Assembly: GCA_036336835.1 (NCBI GenBank) | Contig: JAYZFK010000082.1 | Span: 21,252-85,251 of the forward strand | Source of the DNA: Myxococcota bacterium | Lineage (GTDB): Bacteria > Myxococcota_A > UBA9160 > UBA4427 | Direction of reading: 5' to 3' | DNA: 64,000 nt | Shown here: positions 58,768 through 64,000 of the stretch, piece after piece | Layout of the letters: the number at the start of each line of letters is the position of its first letter | Numbering within the stretch: the stretch's first letter is position 1 | Made by a program: the position numbers and the translations under genes | The notes under the pieces: model-generated | The model's database searches: none | Seen by the model: the letters and a program-made list of their open reading frames with translations, nothing else | Told to the model about the DNA's origin: nothing

Positions 58768-58850
58768 GCAGGGATCGATACCTCCCATGCCAGGCGGGGT
58801 CAACGGCTGCTCGATTGCGCCCCTCCGGGCGCTGGGGCAGCCTCGCGCGC

Positions 58851-59744
58851 ATGCGGGTGTACGTCACGGGTGCTCGGGGATTCGTCGGGCGGCGCCTGGT
58901 CGCCCACCTGGCGGCCAACGGACACTCGGTCCACGGCAGCGAGCGGGAGACCGACGTCTGCGACGTCAGTGCGTTGGGTCACGAGATCGCTGCGGCTGCG
59001 CCGGACGCAGTCGTGCACCTGGCCGCCCAGAGCTCCGTGGCGGCCTCGTTTCGCGATCCCGAGGGTTGTTTTCGCGTCAACTATCAGGGCAGCCTGAACC
59101 TGCTCGGAAGTGTCGAGCGGGCCGCACCGCGTGCCCGCGTCCTGCTGGTGGGCTCGGCCGACCAGTACGGTGGGCAACCGCTGGGCACGCCGGCGCTGCG
59201 CGAGACCGATCCGCTCTCGCCCGGCTCGCCCTATGCCCGCTCGAAGGCCGCTGCCGAGGAGCTGGGAGAGCGCTGGAACCAGCGGGGCGGCAACGTCGTG
59301 ATGACCCGCTCGTTCAATCACACTGGACCCGGACAGGCGGACCACTTCGTGGCGCCCAGCTTCGCCCGCCAGGTCGCGGAGATCGCCGCCGGGCTGCATC
59401 CGCCCAGCATGAGCGTCGGCAACCTGGACTCCGTGCGCGACTTCCTGCACGTCGACGACGTGATCGAGGCTTATTCCGCGCTGCTCGAGGCCCCGGCCGA
59501 GCCAGGCGTCTACAACGTGGCGAGCGGCGAGCCCCGCACGATCGGCGAGCTGCTCGACGCCCTGCTCGCACGGGTGGGCATCGAGCCCCGGATCGAGATC
59601 GACCCCGACCGCCTGCGGCCAACGGACCAGCTGCTCGGCGACGCGTCCAAGCTGCGGCGCGCGACCGGCTGGCGGGCGCAGCGCCGCTTCAGCGAGCTGA
59701 TCGATGACATCGCCAGCGACTGGCTCGAGAGGGTGCGCGCATGA
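58851..59744 (+). CDS. GDP-sugar reductase/dehydratase (Rmd/Gmd family)
   Basis: TGARGFVG, HLAAQSSV, SPYARSK, FNHTGPGQ, VGNLDSVRDF. Confidence 0.85.
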   Translation: MRVYVTGARGFVGRRLVAHLAANGHSVHGSERETDVCDVSALGHEIAAAAPDAVVHLAAQSSVAASFRDPEGCFRVNYQGSLNLLGSVERAAPRARVLLVGSADQYGGQPLGTPALRETDPLSPGSPYARSKAAAEELGERWNQRGGNVVMTRSFNHTGPGQADHFVAPSFARQVAEIAAGLHPPSMSVGNLDSVRDFLHVDDVIEAYSALLEAPAEPGVYNVASGEPRTIGELLDALLARVGIEPRIEIDPDRLRPTDQLLGDASKLRRATGWRAQRRFSELIDDIASDWLERVRA

Positions 59745-59754
59745 ACGCAGGGCA

Positions 59755-60630
59755 TCACGCGCGACGCAACACGAGCCCGATCCAGGACTCGCCGTCGTCA
59801 TCGCGCCGCGCGCTCAGCGCCACCTGCCGCAGCCCGAGCGCGGCGAACGCCGCCCGCACGCCAGGAGCATCGGCCTCGAGCAACCCCGCCAACACGAGGC
59901 TGCCGCCTGGCGCCAGCCGCCGGGCAATCTCCGACGCAATCGGGAGCAGCTCACCGCGCAGCAGATTGGCGGCGACGAGCTCGAAGCGCCCGGGCCCGAG
60001 CGCCTCGATCGGCCCGGTGAACCAGGCCGCCCGGTCGTCGAGGCCGTTCTCGCCAGCCGCACGCCGTGCGGCGGGCGCCGCGAGCGGGTCGAGGTCGAAG
60101 CCGACCGCCCACCCGGCCCCCAGCGCGAGTGCGGCGAGCGCGAGCACCCCGCTGCCAGTGCCGACATCGAGCACCGAACGCGGCCTCGCCCGGCAAACGG
60201 CCGTGTCGATGCCTTCGAGCGCGAGCCGAGTCGAGTGGTGTGCCCCTGTGCCGAACGCCTGGCCCGGTTCGATGCGGATCCAGTGCTGCCCGGGCCGCGG
60301 CGCGGGGGTTGCGAACGAAGGCGCCACCACCAGGCGCCGCGAGATCTCGACAGGCTGGAGGACATGCTTCCACGCCTCGCCCCACGCGATCGACGCCACC
60401 AACTCGGCGGGCGCGATCTCGAGCGACGGCAAAGCGGCGCGCAGGGCGCGGCCGACGGCGTCTGCCGCTGCCGCGGTGACGTAGATCGTGAGCAGACAAC
60501 CGTCTTCGTCCTCGACTACGCCCGCCGCGCCCGCCGCCCAGGCTTCGGCCACAGCGATCTCCGCGTCGGTCGCGTCGCGCGCACGCACGCGCAGCGAGAA
60601 GGTCTCGGGCGTGCTCCGATCGACGGCCAT
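59755..60630 (-). CDS. prmA: Ribosomal protein L11 methyltransferase
   Basis: W.EAWK, IEPGQAFGTGAHHST, VLDVGTGSGVLA, ANL. Start may instead be GTG at 60588. Confidence 0.9.
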   Translation of the reverse strand: MAVDRSTPETFSLRVRARDATDAEIAVAEAWAAGAAGVVEDEDGCLLTIYVTAAAADAVGRALRAALPSLEIAPAELVASIAWGEAWKHVLQPVEISRRLVVAPSFATPAPRPGQHWIRIEPGQAFGTGAHHSTRLALEGIDTAVCRARPRSVLDVGTGSGVLALAALALGAGWAVGFDLDPLAAPAARRAAGENGLDDRAAWFTGPIEALGPGRFELVAANLLRGELLPIASEIARRLAPGGSLVLAGLLEADAPGVRAAFAALGLRQVALSARRDDDGESWIGLVLRRA

Positions 60631-61657
60631 TGCACTCCTGTCGCTCGTTGCGCTCAGCGCGGGCAGTGGCTGCTACTACGGCCACCTGGCGATCGGGCAG
60701 AGCCGTCTGCTGTGGCATCGCCAGCCGATCGACCATCTGCTCGACGACGTCGCGACACCCGACGAGCTACGAGAGCGACTGCGACTGGTGCAGGACGTAC
60801 GAGCCTACGCACGCGCACTCGGACTCGCCGTGGATGACCAATATACGAGCTACGTCGCCTGGCCGGGGGATCGCGTCGTCACGACCCTGGTGGCCACCCG
60901 CCCCGGTGAGGTCGAGGCTGCGGGCTTCTGGTTCCCGATCGTCGGACGGGTGCCGTACAAGGGCTACTTCAACCGCGAAGCCGCGGACCGCGAGGCCGAG
61001 GTGCTGCGCTCGCGAGGCCTCGATGTCTGCGTCGTTCCGGTTGCGGCCTACTCGACGCTCGGCTGGCTGGCGGATCCCGTGACCGAGCCCATGCTGCGCG
61101 ACGATGACCTCGCGCTCACCGAGACTCTGCTGCACGAGCTGGTACACGCCACCGCCTACGTCGCAAGCGACGCGGACTTCAACGAAGGCGTCGCCAGCTT
61201 CGTCGGCCGCGAGGCCGCAGCCGGCTACCTCGCCGAGCGCGGGCTCATGCGCGACGAGCGATCGCCCCGCGAGCTCGAGGCCGAGCAGCGAGCGCGCAAC
61301 GCCGACGCCCGCCAGCTCGACAGGCAGCTGCGGGAGCTTCGCGCAGACGTCGAGATCCTCTACGCATCGACCGCTGCCGGCGACGAGCGCAACCAGCGAC
61401 GAAGCGGGCTCGAGGCCAGGGCACGCCGGCGTCTCGCTCGGCTGCCACTCCACCGCCCGGACGCGGTGGAGCTCGCCGAACGCATTACACTCGGCGACGC
61501 GTGCCTTGCGTTGCGCGGAACCTACTCCGACGACCTCGAGCGGCACGCTCAGATACTCGAGGCGTTGGGCGGGGACCTCCGTGCGTTCGTCGGCCGGCTG
61601 TCGGAGGCCGCAAAGGCAGACGTCCCGCGCGAGGCCTTCTTCGCAACGACGCGGTGA
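60611..61657 (+). CDS. Putative zinc aminopeptidase lipoprotein (DUF2265-like)
   Basis: Lipobox-like GSGC, WFPIVGRVPYKGYF, AYSTLGW.DP, HELVH...FNEG. Confidence 0.82.
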   Translation: MLRSTAIALLSLVALSAGSGCYYGHLAIGQSRLLWHRQPIDHLLDDVATPDELRERLRLVQDVRAYARALGLAVDDQYTSYVAWPGDRVVTTLVATRPGEVEAAGFWFPIVGRVPYKGYFNREAADREAEVLRSRGLDVCVVPVAAYSTLGWLADPVTEPMLRDDDLALTETLLHELVHATAYVASDADFNEGVASFVGREAAAGYLAERGLMRDERSPRELEAEQRARNADARQLDRQLRELRADVEILYASTAAGDERNQRRSGLEARARRRLARLPLHRPDAVELAERITLGDACLALRGTYSDDLERHAQILEALGGDLRAFVGRLSEAAKADVPREAFFATTR

Positions 61658-61708
61658 GCACCCCACCGCGTGGACCGGACGGCCGAGAGCCCTGCTCTGG
61701 CGCGGCGA

Positions 61709-62494
61709 TCAGGGCGCCTCATAGCTTCGGTGGGTCTGCGGAATCACGCGCACGTCCGAGAGCCGCTGTGCACAGCAGCGCTGCCAGCCGAGGATGCGCT
61801 GGGCGCTCGGTCGTTCGCGCACCTTCGCGAACGGAGTCACGGGTTGGAGCACCAGCGTCGTGTCGCGGGCTACGGCGGCGATCGCCTCGCAGACTGCCTC
61901 GAGCTCGCCATCCTGCGTGTTGGGTGTTACGACCACCTTGACGAACACCTCCCCGGCAGATTGCGCACTCTCCAGGAACTTCGCGTGCGCTGCAGCAAAA
62001 TCGCTCGCGCCACCGGGCTCGGCGCGCTGTACATCGCTCGGCAGCTTCCAGTCCATCGACACCACGTCGATCGCGGCAACCACGGCCTCGAGCGCATCGA
62101 CGGCCAGGCCGTGTGTCTCGAGGTAGGCGCGCAGTCCGCGCGCGCGGGCGCGCTCGGCAACAGCGCGAACCGCCTCCGGTTGCAGCAGCGGCTCGCCCCC
62201 GGTCAGACTGACGAAGCCGCGGCCCGCGGGCGCCAGGACTCCGAGTGCGGCATCGATCTGGTCGGGCGACAGAGGATTCGGGAGTGTGCGAAAGCGAGCA
62301 CTTCCCGGCGTCTGCTCGATGCGACAACTCTTCGCAGGTCGCCACGTCCCGGGCGAGTCACACCATGCGCAACGCAGATCGCAGCCACCGAAGCGCACGA
62401 AGACGGTCTCCGCACCGACCCAGGGCCCCTCGCCCTGTGCCGAGGCGAAGATTTCGACCAGGTTTGCGTCGGCGCCGCGCGACGGCCCGTCCAT
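61709..62494 (-). CDS. queE: 7-carboxy-7-deazaguanine synthase (radical SAM)
   Basis: EIFASAQGEG, FVRFGGCDLRCAWCD, LTGGEPLLQ, IPQTH. Confidence 0.92.
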   Translation of the reverse strand: MDGPSRGADANLVEIFASAQGEGPWVGAETVFVRFGGCDLRCAWCDSPGTWRPAKSCRIEQTPGSARFRTLPNPLSPDQIDAALGVLAPAGRGFVSLTGGEPLLQPEAVRAVAERARARGLRAYLETHGLAVDALEAVVAAIDVVSMDWKLPSDVQRAEPGGASDFAAAHAKFLESAQSAGEVFVKVVVTPNTQDGELEAVCEAIAAVARDTTLVLQPVTPFAKVRERPSAQRILGWQRCCAQRLSDVRVIPQTHRSYEAP

Positions 62495-64000
62495 CAGGCC
62501 TCGAGCGTCGACCGCCCCATCGCGATCTCGGACACGATCTCCTCGAGGCGCTCGGGGTGTGTGTCGACGCCGCTCAGGCGGAGGCGCGATACGTGGTCCT
62601 CATCGGCGAGGACGGTCACGTAGTCGAGCTTCGAGCCCAGATGCTCGAGCATGCCACCGAGGTCGAAGCCTCGCTTGCCGCTCATCTCCTCCGCTCCGAG
62701 CACGAAGAGCTCGCTGCCCCTGTGCCGCGCCAGCGAGAACGACGTCGCAAAGCGCTCGCGCGCTACGCGAGCCGCAAGATGCAGATCAATCCCTTCATCG
62801 ACCTCGAGCAGGAGCATCGCGTAGCCGGCGAAGTGAACGATCCGGAAGTCGCGCTGCGACACCCAGGTCACCTCCTCCGGTACCGGCGGCAACGGAATGC
62901 CGGCGGCCTCCGCCGTTAGATCGCTCGGCCGACCGACCAACAGCGGATCGACGTCGCGACGCCGGTCGCCCCTGCGCAAGGCGATCTCCCCGAGCCGGTG
63001 CCACCACAGGCGTCCCCAGCGCTCGTAGTCGTGCTGGCTGAAACGCGCGGCACGCAGATCGACCAGCTTGTCCGAGAAGCGACTGCGTCGCGTCGATGTG
63101 CTCAGCACCGCCGGCAGCGACGAGCCCGCCGCTGGAGTGAGATGGACCGAGTCATTGGGCAGCACGCTGCGCAGGGCCCCGAGGTCCTCGGGGGCCCACT
63201 CGTGATGGTCATACCAGTGCAGTCGATCGGCGTAGAGCGGAACCGTTCGCAGCACTTCGCCCGCAGGCGACGGTGTGAAGCCGACTACATGCAGCGGTGT
63301 GTCGTCGCGCAGGTCCGTTACGACGCCTCGGAAGAACGTCATCAGCTCTGCCTGCGGATAGACCCACAGTCCCTCGACCAGCCGCAATTCCCGCGCCAGC
63401 AGGATCGCCGACAGCAGGGAGTCGCGGTCGTCACAGGCGAGGATTGCCGCCCGTTTGCGCGGCGGAGGCCGCGGTGCTTCGACCGCCGGGAGACTCGGGC
63501 TGTGCCGTGCCCGTCGGCGTTTCTCGCGTTCCAGGTTGCGCTTCGTGTCCTCGGACACGTCTTCGCCGAGATCCTCCTCGTCGTCGTAGCTCGGCGCTGG
63601 TGCCTCGACCTCGAAGTCCGGCGCGTCATCGGACAGAGGTGTGATCGCGAGGTCGAGATCGAGGTTGTCGTCCTCCTCTTCGTCTGCGGCAGCTGGCTCC
63701 GGGTCGGTCGACTCGCGCTCGGACTCCGCGCGCGCATCGTCACCCCGATCCGCCGGTTCTCGGCCTCGCCCACCGCGCCGGCGCGGGCGTCTGCGCGACG
63801 AGCGACCTTCGGCTTCCGACTCGCCCACGTCGTCTCGCGAATCCTCGTCCAGATCGAACAACGAGACCTCGAGTGGCCGCGAATGACGCGGCTCGGCGGC
63901 GCCGTAGCCCGCGTTCGCCTCGGCGTTCTCAGCCGGCTCGCCTTCGTCGCGCGCGCCGCGCCGTCGCCGCCCGCGACGTCGTCCGCGGCGCCGCGACGAC
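62494..64000 (-). CDS. DHH-like phosphoesterase fold with a long Arg-rich/acidic N-terminus (5' partial)
   Basis: Frame stays open to the window end (SSRRRGRRRGRRRRRGARDEGE...); C-terminal domain has CDDRDSLLS and WYDHHEW. Confidence 0.65.
   Translation of the reverse strand, partial: SSRRRGRRRGRRRRGARDEGEPAENAEANAGYGAAEPRHSRPLEVSLFDLDEDSRDDVGESEAEGRSSRRRPRRRGGRGREPADRGDDARAESERESTDPEPAAADEEEDDNLDLDLAITPLSDDAPDFEVEAPAPSYDDEEDLGEDVSEDTKRNLEREKRRRARHSPSLPAVEAPRPPPRKRAAILACDDRDSLLSAILLARELRLVEGLWVYPQAELMTFFRGVVTDLRDDTPLHVVGFTPSPAGEVLRTVPLYADRLHWYDHHEWAPEDLGALRSVLPNDSVHLTPAAGSSLPAVLSTSTRRSRFSDKLVDLRAARFSQHDYERWGRLWWHRLGEIALRRGDRRRDVDPLLVGRPSDLTAEAAGIPLPPVPEEVTWVSQRDFRIVHFAGYAMLLLEVDEGIDLHLAARVARERFATSFSLARHRGSELFVLGAEEMSGKRGFDLGGMLEHLGSKLDYVTVLADEDHVSRLRLSGVDTHPERLEEIVSEIAMGRSTLEA

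Noticed and set aside
57763..58850. AvcID-type toxin-antitoxin defence system
   Set aside because: Under 90 bp lie upstream before the divergent gene, leaving no room for an AvcI-like sRNA, and there are no defence neighbours; kept only as a weak alternative.
61709..62494. queE as part of a Dpd 7-deazaguanine DNA modification system
   Set aside because: No dpdA/tgt-like or other dpd genes in the window; the context is housekeeping.
1..64000. CRISPR arrays, IS elements, prophage genes, rRNA
   Set aside because: No regularly spaced repeats, transposase, integrase, phage structural or rRNA signatures were seen by eye.

Overview
High-GC bacterial chromosomal window with no CRISPR array, rRNA, integrase or transposase that I can recognise. 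Gene order suggests a Myxococcota/deltaproteobacterial lineage (inference). (1) 1-23.3 kb is a minus-strand housekeeping run: tilS-ftsH-folP-cdaA-cdaR-glmM-pdxJ-like-nnr-tsaE-lysC-comEA-like-yihY-iscS-mnmA-rnc-membrane protein-era, then a MerR/LiuR-type regulator, icmF and methylmalonyl-CoA mutase. The PdxJ homologue appears to have lost its catalytic residues. (2) 23.5-46.6 kb is an accessory block ending at the 3' end of an elongator tRNA-Met. It holds secreted proteins, a protein with a 58-aa tandem repeat, a lipid/steroid-type catabolic cluster (ChsH1/ChsH2-like hydratase, acyl-CoA ligase, sulfatase, P450, SDRs, esterase) and an IPTL-CTERM-like protein / lipase / ankyrin operon. (3) 47.4-57.5 kb is the best candidate for a new system: a co-oriented five-gene module encoding an AurF-like diiron enzyme, a PilZ + LuxD-like thioesterase + SAM methyltransferase fusion, an MMPL exporter, a PhcS-like double histidine kinase and a REC-GAF-pseudokinase. 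It looks like a lipid-signal (fatty acid methyl ester-type) make-export-sense circuit linked to c-di-GMP. (4) 57.8-64 kb carries a P-loop/dCMP deaminase fusion, an rmd-like SDR, prmA, an aminopeptidase, queE and a DHH-like protein with a long disordered N-terminus. Family assignments come from motif recognition by eye, not database searches, and start codons are best estimates.
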